A DNA stretch of 62,650 nt, filler included, from Diploschistes diacapsis (Eukaryota), in the NCBI GenBank assembly GCA_023645945.1. It is 6 parts of 6 records of this genome, joined end to end, with 100 filler letters (N's around TTAATTAATTAA, not from the genome) between each part and the next. Parts side by side here need not be neighbours in the genome. Positions count along the whole stretch, not along the records: positions 29,350 to 35,941 come from JALAIB010001371.1; positions 36,042 to 42,623 come from JALAIB010001372.1; 4 more parts are not named here. One strand, written 5' to 3'. Every line of letters begins with the position of its first letter. Within the stretch, counting starts at the first letter, position 1. Below are positions 29,250 to 41,937 of the stretch, in pieces. Position numbers and translations under genes: made by a program. The notes under the pieces are model-generated. The model was not told the origin of the DNA. It was given only the letters and a program-made list of their open reading frames with translations, and ran no database searches.

Positions 29250-29349
29250 NNNNNNNNNNNNNNNNNNNNNNNNNNNNNNNNNNNNNNNNNNNNTTAATTA
29301 ATTAANNNNNNNNNNNNNNNNNNNNNNNNNNNNNNNNNNNNNNNNNNNN
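29250..29349. other. Artificial contig spacer N44-TTAATTAATTAA-N44
   Basis: Identical 100-bp structure at five places; the palindromic core puts stop codons in all six frames. Confidence 0.98.
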
Positions 29350-30041
29350 GTTTTTCAATCTTTTTAAACCGATTTCTAAGGCTTCCGGCGCCGTCGACGA
29401 CCCTTTTAATACTTTAAAACTCGTTATACCTTACTTGCGACGCCTTGAACCTTCCGAGAAGTAAATTTTTTAAAAAACGTTATTTTAAATTTTCGATAAG
29501 AACTAAAAGTGTTCTAAAACTTTCTTAAGATAATTAAAACGGTTAAAAAGGTTTTTACGGAGGTTACGCTTCTAGCGATAAAAAATAAAAGATTTAAAAA
29601 GACCTCGACATATCGCTAGAAACGTAAACGCATTATTATAATTATAAAAAATAAGTTTTTAACTTTTATAAAAGTTATTGACGCGCGTTAAACCAAAGAA
29701 AAAGCACTCTACGAGATAATTAGGTAAAAGAGGTAGAAGCAGGCTAGGAAAGAGAGGCTGATAGTGTTTCAGGCTGCTAGAATCTATAAGAATAAGAAGA
29801 TGATTTTAAAAGGGAGACTGGTTATTTTAGGGAAGCTTTCTAGCGCTAGCGTCGTTGACGCTGGCGATTAGATATAATTAAATGAATCTATAGGGTTAGA
29901 TATAGTTATTATTCGATTTATAGGGCTTTAAATTAATTACTTTTAAAAATATTTTATTTTGAATATTTACTATTGTAGTTTTGTTATTGTATCACGTGTT
30001 CGGTTACTAGGGTCTGTTCGGGTACTAGGGTCACGACTCTA
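29350..30041 (+). mobile_element. RIP-degraded end of a DNA transposon (Tc1/mariner, Fot1/pogo-like), truncated by the contig start
   Basis: Abruptly AT-rich and TpA-rich with CpG retained; stop-riddled remnant of a basic protein C-terminus. It ends in a TIR-like segment with two 18-bp direct repeats (TGTTCGGTTACTAGGGTC 29997-30014, TGTTCGGGTACTAGGGTC 30015-30032) followed by TA. The family assignment is inferred. Confidence 0.65.
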
Positions 30042-31536
30042 TACGTCTTTGCGGCCTGGAAGTTGCGGGAACTAGATTATCATCCAACCTTCTGTTCCCT
30101 GAGCGAAACTACTTTACTTACATCATCATCATCATCGAAACATGATGGGTTTGGCACATGTCGTATTTTGCCGTCCCTTCGTTGTTCCTTTTCCGCTCTC
30201 CCCAACAATACCCGCCACAAAAGCATGGCCTCAATGACTCCGCTTTTGTATTGCCTTCCTGCCAAGCACCGTTGTCGGTCTAACAGGGGAGCACAGCGAT
30301 TTAGAATTAAACAACCATCTCGACCGCTGATGTCGTAGCCCCTGTTCCCAGGCTACGTACCCAGGCACCGAAGTAATTAGTATAGCCACCATCACGTGCA
30401 CGGTACACTACAACAACTCCACGGAACCAGCCCGCCCCCTGGCCCAATCGCTCGTAAAAGAGGTTCAAAGGCGACACAAGTGAACTACAGGTCAACATTT
30501 CGCATCCACCCGTCCTCCTCCACTCCTAAAACGGAGAACGTGATTTCTCTCATCCCCGGGGCTGGGCCCCCCTGTGGGAACCCCGGAAGCCCCGGAATTA
30601 GGACAGGTCTCTCTCCAAAAACCAGCCGTCCCAAAACCCTAAGAAAGAGAAAAAAAAATTAGCGTCACAGCGTGAAACGACCGAGCAAAGGGGAGGGCGG
30701 GGCGGCGAAGCGGCCCAAGGACGATCCGGGGGAACACGCCGTGACAATGCATGCACGTGGTGCCCCGATCGATCATTCGGTTTGGCTGTTTCGTAGCCCA
30801 CCCCTGGTGGCAGCTTTCGGGTGGTTGATGTTCGAATCGAGGTCGTTTGGCTGGAGCCTGAGGCTGAGGCTGAGGGTGAACGGCCCGAAACAAACGAGCG
30901 AAGCGACGTCCGGATGTAGGAAGTAGGAGGCCGTGAGGGCGAAGGCGAGGGCGAGGGGCGCGTGATGTCCGTGAGTTTGTAGGTTGTGGACGGGTTGGTG
31001 TGCTGGTCCACAACGTGCGTCACGGATCAGATGGTGTAGGGGATAGGGGAAAACAAGATGCTGGCTGGCTGGCGATGCAGATACCGTGGAGCGAGGAAAG
31101 GAGGCACCATCACGACTTTTTATGCCTCGTTTGTTTTTTGTATGTTTTGTATCGGCGCTGTGTCAGATATCTTTCCTTGGCCCGTACTGCTGCGACGATA
31201 GAGATCAGATACTAGTCGCTCAAGGAAACATAGCTTGCAACATCATCAAGATAACAACAGGCGGAATGGGGTATCATTATTATTTTAGCGCAAGAACGTT
31301 CAATCTCCTCCTCTCCTGGGAGAAGGTTTTACTCCGCCAGTGATTCTCGAGCAAAAAGTGTGTGTGAGAGAGACAGAGAGAGAGGGGGGGGTGCGGCCCA
31401 GGTATGCGGAAGTCCTCACGATGAGGGCGCAGCGGCTGACCCTTTTCCCGCATCCCTAGATGTTGGGTCCTCTGGCTATGATGGTGCTGTTTCTCCCGCA
31501 ACTGGACTGGACCGGGCGCTTGGCCTTGACTTCCGT

Positions 31537-33796
31537 TCACGTCTGTGTCTCCGTCCTCGCCAAGTGGTCTTTCTGCGATGGGCTGGTCGTGTCCACCATA
31601 TGGGTATCAGCTGCGCCTTCCTTCGGCGTCGTAACCTCGCCGTTAACCACTCCCTCCATCTTCCCCTCGCTGCCCTCGCTCTCCGGTCCCCTGAACAAAG
31701 CCCTGATGTTTCTGCCATCGTCTATCTGCCCGAACCTCTTCAGCCGCTCTTTGCTCCCCACTCTCAATGCTTGCCATACAAGGCTTTTGCGCCGATCCTC
31801 CAAGATCTCTCGCCTGATGCTCCCCTCCTCTTCCATTTCCAAGTCCAGGTCCTGGCCTTGAATCTCCTTTTCGAAGCCCCCCAATGGCGGACATTTACCT
31901 CTTACGGGGTCGCGGATGGTTTCCAGCATCTTCGTGCCGTCCGATTCTGCGAGGAAGGAGATGTCGAAGGCGCCCATGGGTGTGGAGCGGAGGCGCTTAG
32001 TGGTGGAAATGGATTTGGCAGAGGAGACGGCAGCGAGAAAGGTGGAGGCGGGTACAGGGGGTAGAGAGAATTGGGGGCAGGCTTCGGATTTCCAGTAGGA
32101 CCAGTTCTTGTCGCGGGAGAGAACGGTGTCGACGGCGCGGTGGTAGAAGGTTCCGTCCGCGCCGGATCGGAGGTAGGATACTATGTCGGTTCTGGTGGCT
32201 TGTGCCCACTGCGCCTGTGAAAGAGTGACCTGGGTTAGACAAGGGGATCATTATGGTTGCAGACGGGTAAGAAAAACGTTGGAAAAGGGAAGCAGAAGGT
32301 TCGCTGCGAATAAGGACTGCTTACCTCTTCGTCGGGAAGAACAAAGTTGTAAGTGACACCTTTGTTCCGGATGAGGTGGGCTACCTTCGCTTTGACTTTC
32401 GGGGTTAGAGATAGGAGAAATTCAATGATAATCCATGCCTGGACGAGGATGTGACGGCGAAATGCAAGATCGCTGATCTAGAAAACTCGTCAGGGCAAAG
32501 TTCGTATGCGCAGTACTGTTGGCGTTTCAACGAACCTCGAGCGCAAATAAATCCCTACTCGTGAGGTACTTTGGGTTGACTTCGCCGATTAAGGTCTGGT
32601 GGTCGACTTCACGTTTGCGCTTGGTTCCTTGCTTGGGCTCATCCGGAGTCTTGACTCCTGTGCGTGCGTCCTCCTCTTTTTGGACCTCCTTGAATTTCGT
32701 CATGGTGGCTTCAAGACCTTTTTTGAAGAGGTCAAAGTTATTTGGGTCGAAGAGTTGGGTCGGTCTGGAAAAGTAATTCTGAAGCGACCAGAAGACGCCA
32801 TATAGATCATCCAGATCGAGGCTTTGGCTTTTCTTCTCTTCCTGCAAGGCGGCCGTGGTATTTTCGCCAGCAGTCTCGCTTGCAATTGTCTGTTCGACTG
32901 GCGTCACCATTACTTTGGTTTCCATAATCGAGTTTTCTTTCGTTATCGTGGGTTCGACTTTATCGACTTCCATAGCTTCGTCATCTTGAGGTGGTTTGGC
33001 TGGTGAGGTGTCAAAGACAGTGGTATTGTCAACATGAAATTCCCCTCTTAAATTAATAGCGCCTCTGTGACAGAGGGGAAAGCACCGGAAAAGGTATATG
33101 AGCACTCTTCCGTAGAAAAGCGTGTCCTCGCCATGGGAAAGCCTTCGAAGAAGATCGTTGCAAGCCCGTAGCACAACCTGGTTTTTTCTTTCCCAGCTTT
33201 CCTAACCCCCCATCAGATGAATGTGCTACTTTAAGCCAGCTATTGACATACAGCAACCATCCGCTCTCGCCGAGATTCTAGATAATCGAAAACCTTCTTG
33301 CAGTCTTCAACAGTCCGGCTCTCGAATATCTCTTCTATTAGCCAAAAGGCTAGCTGTGACGCGGATTGATCTAAAATCCATCAGAAAGAGCGCATACGGA
33401 TAGCGTCTTGAATATACCTCGATCGGCGAAAATCGTTGCAATGTCGATTAAATTCCAAGCAACGCCGAAGGAAGGATCGTCGATGCTCGTTGAAGTCTGA
33501 TAGGTTGTTAGGACTGCACGACGTCCATCATAAAAGATGCATACGAGAATCGGTAAAAATATCTTCGCAAAGGCGCGCTCGACAACGTTGTGCTCTTGGA
33601 ATCCAAGCAATCCGAGCATTTCCTTCTTATTGGTCCCAAACTTGCGGTCTATAGCCGGCAAGTTGAAGGGCGTCAAAGCAGGCTCTATAGTTCCGACCGG
33701 CTTGACTTTAGAGGCCTCAAGAAGTATCTCTTCAAGCGCATCCACAGCCGTCGTCACCGCGGGCACCTCGTCCTCGGTCATTATTGCGTGAGGCAT
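31537..33796 (-). CDS. HPR1: THO complex subunit 1 (Hpr1/THOC1)
   Basis: Exons 33796-33545, 33496-33418, 33370-33252, 33201-32536, 32478-32325, 32214-31537; FDYLESRRE, LRACNDLLRRLS, INLRGEFH, PKYLTSRDLFALEISD, FRRHILVQ, VLSRDKNW..WK...CP. Confidence 0.9.
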
Positions 33797-34395
33797 GTTC
33801 GACAGTAAGATGGAATCAGGAGGATCGATTGACTTTATAATTCAGACTGGAGGAGAACATCGTGTTTACATGAAACCAAAATTCAAGTAACCTGGCTTTG
33901 TAAAGGACGTAGAAGACTCAGGAACATATAAGCTTCCTTTATTGTTGTCACAAACAAGGCTGCGGAAAGCACTCCAGAAGCAAGCTCTATAACTTCAGCC
34001 CTACAGACTTTTGTAAAGCCGGTCCCAGCGTTTATATTATTCCATTATAGGGACTACCCCTGAACTCTTACCTTTGTTCAAACTCCTATTTAACCCCGTT
34101 TTGTTTGGGATGCAACCTTCGAATCTGGCATACAGGCCATCAGCTCCTAGTGAGTTTGACGAATGATTGGATGGGACACATCAAACAAAAACTGCTGGGG
34201 AGCCAGAGGGAGAGATTGCAAGGCTGACAATTGGACATCGGTGCACTGCTACGCTCCGCAAACGAGCCGAGCCAACGGCAAGGCTCAAGGCAGTGAGCCC
34301 AGTCAAGCGAGATCGATGAGGCCAGCCATGACTGGAAGCGTGCTGCTCGAATGAAAGCAACATTGCAATGCTCGTCCGTGCAACATTCCCCCCTA

Positions 34396-35314
34396 CTACC
34401 AAGGACTCACTTCTGTCGCGCGCAAAAACTTCCCATGCTCTGCGTCTCTCTTTCCTTTTAGGATCGTCATCATCGGCCTCGCGCCTTCCGACGTTGGCTG
34501 GGCCCCATTCTCCTTCTTATTTTGGGGGCCCAGACCACTAACGCAAAAGCCAGGAGAGTGGGCAAAGACCTTGATCCCCTGAGATACACTCATAAATCTG
34601 CAGTGCTGTGACCATATTGAGCGCTGCCTTGCTGGTGGGGTATGGAGGCCTCATGGCGGCCTCGGATGGCCTGTTTGGATCGAGTAGACGAATGATAGAT
34701 CCGGTGCCGCTACTAAAATTGATGATTCTTGGCGTTGTGATGGATTTTGGGAGGAAGGAGAAAAAGTAGTTGCCCCTCAGTAGGGGACCGGTGGCGTTCG
34801 TTGTGAAGCAGTCTGCCATTTGTTGCATCAGTTCAGAGTCGGGCCCGATGCCAGCAGTGGCAGCGTTGTTGACTAAGGTGTCTAGGCTTGTGACATGGTG
34901 TTCAACGAGGCACGCAGTGATTGATTGAGAAATAGATGGTTGGTGCATACCGGCCGTACTCGTTCTGCACCTTTTTTACCGCTGAGCGATCGAGCCTTTT
35001 TTCGAGACATCCAAGTGCAAGAGTTGGACGGCTCCAGGCAGGTTCCGGGACTGGAGGTCTTTGACAGCATCTTCACCCTTCCCGATAGACCGGCTTCCCA
35101 ACAGTACGCGCTTGGTAGTGTCTCCGAGAAGCTGCGCAGCGAGCTCGAAGCCGATGCCGGCGTTAGCTGTGACGGGGTCAGTGTGTACCTGATGGTCACA
35201 GGAACTTAAATCGAAAGAAGTTTTTGAAGGAAAGGGAGGCCGAGCGCACTAAGAGGTTGGAAAGGGAGACTGACCGCCGGTGACAAGGGTAATTGTCTTC
35301 AATTCTGTTGCCAT
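34396..35314 (-). pseudogene. Short-chain dehydrogenase/reductase with two frameshifts
   Basis: Spliced N-terminus TITLVTGANAGIGFELA, then LDTLVNNAA, IINFSSGTGS, YPTSKAALNM, IKVFAHSPGF. The frame breaks near 34984 (premature TAA) and again near 34590. Confidence 0.78.
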
Positions 35315-35941
35315 TGCAGCTTATGTGGGTTCATACGTCTAGCTATCAGAGGTCCACGTCGTGGATAGCTATACTGATTCTTTGAGCTAGCAGAGTACAT
35401 TGAACTGAATCTGCAATATGACTGATTCTGAGAAGACTATAGGAGCTGCTGGCCTTCAAATACCTTACAACCCCGGTGAATGTCGGGCCTTTGTATTCTT
35501 AACGGCGCAAGATCCGTTACCATGATGATCGTTTCATGGTTGACCGCATTCAGCTTGAGAATCGCAGCGAAGAACCGACGGCGATAGCTTTGAACCTTGA
35601 TGGGATGTCTAAAAGGATCAATCGATGCCTTGTATGCAGGCTCTAAGAGGTCATTAAGGGCTTAGCTGTGCTTGTCACATCTCGCGACGAGCCTCCAACT
35701 TAGAGCTACAGTGGCTTAGTAATTGTGGCTGAAAGTTGACTGAACAGCTCATATAACATCAATACCACTAACATTTTACCTCGATGGTTTCCAGAAGCCA
35801 AAATCACGTCCACCGCCCATATCCGCGTCACCTTCCATCTCCATCTCCCCTTTTTTTTTCTCACCCTCGCCTCGCGCATTACCCCCGCTACTTCCTCTCA
35901 CAAACCCCTCTACAGACACCTCACCCATGTCGTCCCCACCC

Positions 35942-36041
35942 NNNNNNNNNNNNNNNNNNNNNNNNNNNNNNNNNNNNNNNNNNNNTTAATTAATTAANNN
36001 NNNNNNNNNNNNNNNNNNNNNNNNNNNNNNNNNNNNNNNNN
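35942..36041. other. Artificial contig spacer
   Basis: N44-TTAATTAATTAA-N44. Confidence 0.98.
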
Positions 36042-36048
36042 CTTCTAG

Positions 36049-36796
36049 TTCGCGCCCAAAAACCCACGTCCCATGCTCCAAGACCTGTGCGTCTCTCCCC
36101 GCCTTCTCCCTCCTCCTCATCCCCACCAAACCCCAATCCCCAACCCCAATCAATCTAACCTCCCACTCTCCACCCGACACAGCGTCAACCAGCAAGTGAT
36201 CGTGCGCCTGAAATGGGGCCAGACGGAGTACAAGGGCCGGCTGGTCAGCGTGGACAGCTACATGAACGTGCAGCTGAGCGGGACGGAGGAGTTCATCGAC
36301 CTTAAGAGCACGGGGAGCTTGGGGCAGGTTCTTATACGGTGCGTTTTTCTCTTTTCTTTTTCCCCCCTTAATGCGTTGTTTCTTGCAGGGTTTGGAAAGG
36401 TGGGGAGAGGAGATTTCTAGGGAAATGGGACTGTTAGGTTGGGATGAGCAAGGAAGCGAGGAGAGGAATGGAGGGGGGAAGAAAAGCAGAGAGATCGGGA
36501 TGGTCGAAACGACGGGTCTTGAGGCTGGATAATACAGATGAGGGGATGGGAATGGTTGGAGAGGCTACCTGAAAGAGGCCGATTCAGACCGGCGCGGATG
36601 GGACTGAAAGAGCCCGAGGAACTGGCGCAGAGCCAATCTGAGGGGAGGGGGAAAGGGTGGGCAGGGAGGAGAAAAGGCAGCAAAAAAAACAGCCTGCAGG
36701 ACACATAACTAACAATCCAGCAACAGGTGTAACAACGTCCTCTGGATCTCCGCCGCCAAAGACTCCAAGGGCGAGGACGTCAAGATGGAGGAGTGA
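36049..36796 (+). CDS. SMX3: snRNP core protein SmF (first mini-exon lost at the contig start)
   Basis: Exons 36049-36086, 36183-36338 and 36727-36796 give [44 protein letters not shown]...[14 protein letters not shown]. Confidence 0.92.
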
Positions 36797-38016
36797 AGCG
36801 GCGGCTCTGGCTCTGGCCCTGCGGCTGCGTGGTTGCACGGGCCAGGGCCGTAGTGGATGTTGAGCGAATGCCGGAGGCTGGGATGGGATGGGAACCAGCG
36901 AGTGGTGCGTGCGTACGGGCGGTGGAGACGGTGTGCTGTTCTGGGCTTATTGATACCCCCTACCCTATCTGTGTGCGGCTGGGAAAAGATATTCAACGAC
37001 TGGGAAAGGAATGAAGGAAATGGAAGGAAAAGAAAGGAAAGGGGAAAGGAAAAGGCGTGCTCTCTCGCACTCTGTCTGGTTTTGGTCGTGAAGAGGTCGC
37101 TTGCCCGTTGCTTGCTTCCAATCTCTGTGGTGGAAAGCAGCCTAGTACTCTAGTACTGAAATGGAAAATGCAGTCCGGGCAATGCATGCTACAGCGAGCG
37201 GACCGCATGGGAGCCAGTCCAAAGGCAGCTTGGAAATCTCAAGCGGAGGCAACTGCCAGTATCTACAATTTTAGAGGCAAGATGAAATGGGTCACGCGCA
37301 GGCCCCCTCAGACATCACACACAGCACGTAGCAACACCACAACAAGAAATTCGAAGCGTATTACTCAATTACCATGCCTTTTTTCCGCGCAGCCTTTCCC
37401 TAGGCTATTCTAGTTCAAGCCCCCTCTCCTTGTCTCCTTCCACCTTCCACCTTCAACTTTCCACCTACTTTACAGCGGCTTCGCCTCCACTCTGCGCGTA
37501 GCAACGAAGCTTCGTGCAATTTTCCCCCTCAAGTACAACCCCGTCCTTACAAATCATACAGTATATTGTACAGAGTCAGCAACCAAGTTCCCATTTCACC
37601 AAACTTCCTGGTTGAAGAATCTGTGAGCTTCGAATCGTACATCGTCATTAATCGAGCGTGGTGCAGTAGGTAGCAGATTAGTGTTTTGCTCCCCCCCGAG
37701 TGGGGTGGGGCGTGGATATAGTATTATAGATTGCGGAAAGATTGTGTGAAGTTGTTTCGCCCACTGGTCGAAGTTGGGCGGTTTATATTTTTGGTTTGCT
37801 CATGCTCTGCACAGTGCTTATGCCATGCGTTGAAGGGGGTACGTTGAGATTGTCACTGCCACGGCAGTTATATATTCGGGCGCGTTGCGGGAAGATTGCT
37901 CTCGTCGCGAGAGGGTTGCGGTATAGATATTTGAGAGCAAGGAGTGAACAGATGTTTGATAGAGACGGGTCGGCTGCGGGGTGTTTGGTGACAAAGCTTT
38001 TCGCAAACGATGCTAA

Positions 38017-38363
38017 TTAGTGGTGCCAATGCTGGTCAATGGCCCGATAGATGTAATGTCCATCGTTGTGGGCCTGGTTGGGTGGAACATAGACGTTCTG
38101 ATATGGATGCTGTGCCGCAGTGAAGTCTGCAGTGCGCATGAGCGGATTGACGATACCACTAGGGATGTGGTGGGCGGAAGGGCTGCTGCTCGAGGGAGCA
38201 GAGACTGGTGCCGGCGCCGGAGCGGGGGCCGTGATCGAGGCCGTCAGAGGCGGCTGCGTGGGCATTGGGGGGGAAGTCTGGCGCGGCAGCGAAGGAGCGT
38301 ATTGCGTGTAATCGATCGGTGGGCTCTGCATCATGCCCGGAAAGCTCTGCTGCATGTTCTGCC

Positions 38364-38401
<38 letters not shown>

Positions 38402-40312
38402 ACGTACTCGTCGTTCCAGCCCCACTTCTGGCGAAGCTCTCCCGTGATGAAGTTGATGCGCCAGCCAGTTTCCTTTTTGATCTTTTCGAGAATCGTCATG
38501 ATCTCCGACTGCTCCTTGAAATCGCTGAGACACTCGGCAGCAATCGCCAAGGTGCGAATGGCGACGCTCGCCACGCCTCGGTCCTTGACGTGGGCGACTA
38601 TGCCACAGATTTGGTGCGCGTGGTGCATCTGAAGGCTGTACATTTCGGAATTTGAAACGGGCATGGTCGGATGCATCTGTGGCAGCAGAGTCATGGCAGT
38701 GTGGTAAAAAAGCCGAGCGGTGATCGAAGTACGCTTGACGTACCTTTGCCCGTTAGCACGTATCGAATACTCTGTTGGGTTATCTATCTTACCAAATTTC
38801 CGGAAACTGGGACTTGGTTGCCGTCTGGTGCGGCAAAAGATAGGCGAGCGGATGCATGGTCTGAGGAACGCACTCGATCCAAGCGTCGCACAGCCTCCTG
38901 TAGGTGTTCCACTCCTCTACCCTTCGCTGAGTGCGCATCGCCTCGAGAGTCGGATTCGGCTCCTGGAAACGGGGGATCGACGCCCGAAAGTTTGCAATCT
39001 TGGCAGTGATGTACACCATCTTATACGTCCACACTTCTTCGTTTCCTGCACTCCTGTCCTGAACCATGGTCATGTCGACGCCCCAGTCATCCGGGTTCCA
39101 GGCCACCTGCCAATTGAAGTGGAGACAGCTGAGAAGCTCCATGCCGACATTCAACCAGAAGCACGCCTGGCCAATGCCCTGGGACTTTGCGCTCCAGCCA
39201 CACTCCTTCACCAACGCACGAGCACCAGCGATGTGGTTCATCCTCTGTAACGCACGCTCCGACATGACTTCGTATACGTTGAGAACGACAGCTGCGGTGG
39301 CGCAAATGATGGTGTCCCTGTTCGGGTTCTGCAACGACTTCAGCAGCGCACGCGTGGCGCTATCGTAGTAGTGCAACGCTCTATCCTCGTGGAACGCTGG
39401 ATTGACCAGGGTCAAGTGTCTGGCGCCACACGCCAAGAGAGCATTACAGAGCATCGGTTCATTCAGAGCAAAAAACGGCAATATCCTCGAGAACTGAGTT
39501 CGTCAGCTGCGGGGAACCAAGAAGCCCGGAGCACAACTTACGTGCTTCCACCTGTCCATACTGTCCATCCATATCCCCACCTCTTCGATGAACACTTGCA
39601 TGAAAAGGACCTCGTCCGGCGTGGTGAGAGCGGTGCGGGTTTCTCCAGTCACCAGAGTCTCATCCGAAGCATAGGATGCTTCCGAGGGAGTGTAGATGGT
39701 AGAGGCTGTCGACGCAATGCTAGAGTGGGAGTGATGCCCGGCCTCCATTCTGGGTTGGCCGTTCTCGGGCCGATAGGGCGCGGCCATATCCGGGGGCGTC
39801 GACATTGGAGGCAAGGGCTGGTGAGACACAACAGGGGCGCTGAGCAAGCTCGAAGACTCCTGCGCATAGTCATTGCTCGAGGATCTCTGCGCAAAGCCAT
39901 CGGGCTTCATGTCCATATGGTCCTCTGGCTCCACCGCGGCATACCGACCCGCACCTCCTCTATACTCTGCGGCAATGTCTCGAGACTCGTCCTGAAAGTT
40001 GATCTTATAGTCCGCCGTGGGCGGCACGAGTTGGGTGTCTTCGACCTTGGTATCGATAAAGTTGAGCCTCATGCCCCGCTTGCACTCCCTGTTCGATTTT
40101 TTGCAGTTTTGACAAATCGGGCTACCTTCGTCGCATTTGAGATGGCGTTCCCGGCATGTGAGACAGCCGGTGCGGACCCGCTTGGGTTTGCCCTCGGTGG
40201 AAACCTTGGAGCTTGCCTCCGTTGGAGGGGTCTCGAGCTCGAGCTCGGGCGAGGCTGACGAGGCCATTGCATCGTCGATGTGAAGTCGTGAAGTCTGCTC
40301 CTCAAGTTTCAT
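38017..40312 (-). CDS. Zn(II)2Cys6 transcription factor with a fungal-specific middle domain and a polyQ/Pro-rich C-terminus
   Basis: RVRTGCLTCRERHLKCDEGSPICQNCKKSNREC; exons to 39542, 39493-38793 and 38743-38017 join in frame. The start is ATG 40312 or 40267. Confidence 0.9.
38365..38400 (-). repeat. (CAG)11CAA coding microsatellite (Q12)
   Basis: Read directly; lies in the last exon of the Zn2Cys6 gene. Confidence 0.95.
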
Positions 40313-41937
40313 TCTGATGGGCGTAGCCCGAGCTCGGTGCGGACGGGTTGCGTAGAGATGCTGTGGGCGAGAAAATGCTTCTAGGGGCTCAACATTGAGA
40401 GGCCCATTCAAGAGGCGTCTTCCCTGTGCTCGAGTGGTAATATGCTCGGAGCGCCGTCGATGGGTTCTGTTAATCTATTCAAACAAGTGGTGAGTTAACA
40501 TATAGCCAATGCCGAGCCTGACAAGCAATATGCCAGAATAACATGTATTAATGCCCCAGAAAGCATACGAGACGACAATTAGATAAAGCGGGTGGCAGGT
40601 GACACAGGCCAGCAAGGCAGATACGACGTCCTCCAAAAACCATACAGACAGCAATGCTCAGTCAGTACAAAGCTCGAATCGCTCCTGTCTATTAATTCAA
40701 TGAACTATGCAGACAGGAGGCAAGTAGGAGGCAAGTAGGAGGTAGCAGTGACAGCCCGACTAGACTAGAGATACCTCGTACCTATGGGGCATGAAGAGAC
40801 GAGAGTGCGGCTCCAGTTGCAATTGAGAGAGACGATGGGGGGTTGTGAAGAGGACAAGGCAATCAATTGATGAGAAGTTCAATTAGGAAGGGAGGAGGGG
40901 GGGGACGTTACCTTAGCCCTAAACCGCTGAAGGGAAGGGGGTTTTGGCTGGTTATCTGGTTCTTTGTGACTGTGCGCAGGTGAGACAAAAACAGACAGAC
41001 AGACAGACCGACAGGCAGGCTGATATCACCGTGGACGAATTAATTATCGCGATGCCTCTAAGATGCTGGGGACGCTGCGAATGGTGAAGGAATGAATGCT
41101 TTTGATTGGTAAAAAGTAGGGATGGGGAGGAAGAGAGGCGCGATGTTCGGAGTAACATTTTACCGTGCATAGTTGGTTTCATGGCATCATGTATCACATA
41201 TTACAGTTGCAGTTGCAGTTGCAGTTGCAGTTGCAGTCGAGGGAAGGGAGGGAGCTCGAGGCGAGAGGTCTCCCGGAGAGAATCTCGATTAATCGTTCTT
41301 TGAGATTACCGTCGCTGTAGTCTGTAGTCTGCAGATGGACCATTGGGAGAACAAAGATTCAGGTTGCCGAGGATCGAGGATCGCCAGAGTCGAGTAGAAA
41401 AAGGCTCAATTGGGCTGCAATTGGGCTGCAATTGCTCTTTCATTTTCAAGCCTGCCCCTTGCAGAAAATAAATGACTGAATGGCGCGGATGATTTACCTT
41501 CCGACAGAGACTCGCTTAGCTCGGGCTAGTCTTCTTTGGGTACTCTATCGGTGCCTTGCAGAGACGAAGAACGCCACCTCGCGAGGGCGCAGGGATAGGA
41601 ATCGAATGGAATGGAATGGTATGGTGTGTCAACGATATCCATCTCGATATCGATAGAGGTGCCAAGTCAAGCGAGCTTAACCACGGGCTTCGGAGTAGAG
41701 ATGGATGCCACGGACGGAAGGCATACGAGCGCCTTCTCTGAGCACTCCAGCCATGATCATTGATCATTGGTGGGGATGTAATTTTACACACAGCAAGTGC
41801 TCGGAGCCTACCGCAGATAATATAAAAGCTTCCCAATCAAATCATCAGCCCAGCATCTCAGACACCATTGGCCTGAAGCGTGAATATAGATTGGGCGACT
41901 CGCGTATTTGAAAAGATCGCCCGCCCAGCACTGTGCC

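Noticed and set aside
29294..29305. TTAATTAATTAA recurring every ~6.68 kb as a biological repeat
   Set aside because: It always sits inside identical N44 flanks, so it is an assembly linker.
30440..31250. Possible spliced gene on the minus strand (ORF 30598-31023; acceptor-like site at 30641-30639)
   Set aside because: No confident start, donor or recognisable domain; it may be real but I cannot support it.
35927..36048. ATG TCG TCC at the contig 2 end as the missing first exon of SmF
   Set aside because: No donor gives the required phase, and the contigs are size-sorted, not adjacent.
36565..36615. CTGAAAGAG motifs as a hammerhead ribozyme or C/D snoRNA
   Set aside because: They do not match the CUGANGA core spacing, and there is no clean C box with a terminal stem.
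38020..40258. Long plus-strand ORFs (211, 176 and 295 aa) and a poly-Cys ORF
   Set aside because: Antisense shadows of the Zn2Cys6 gene and its CAG repeat.
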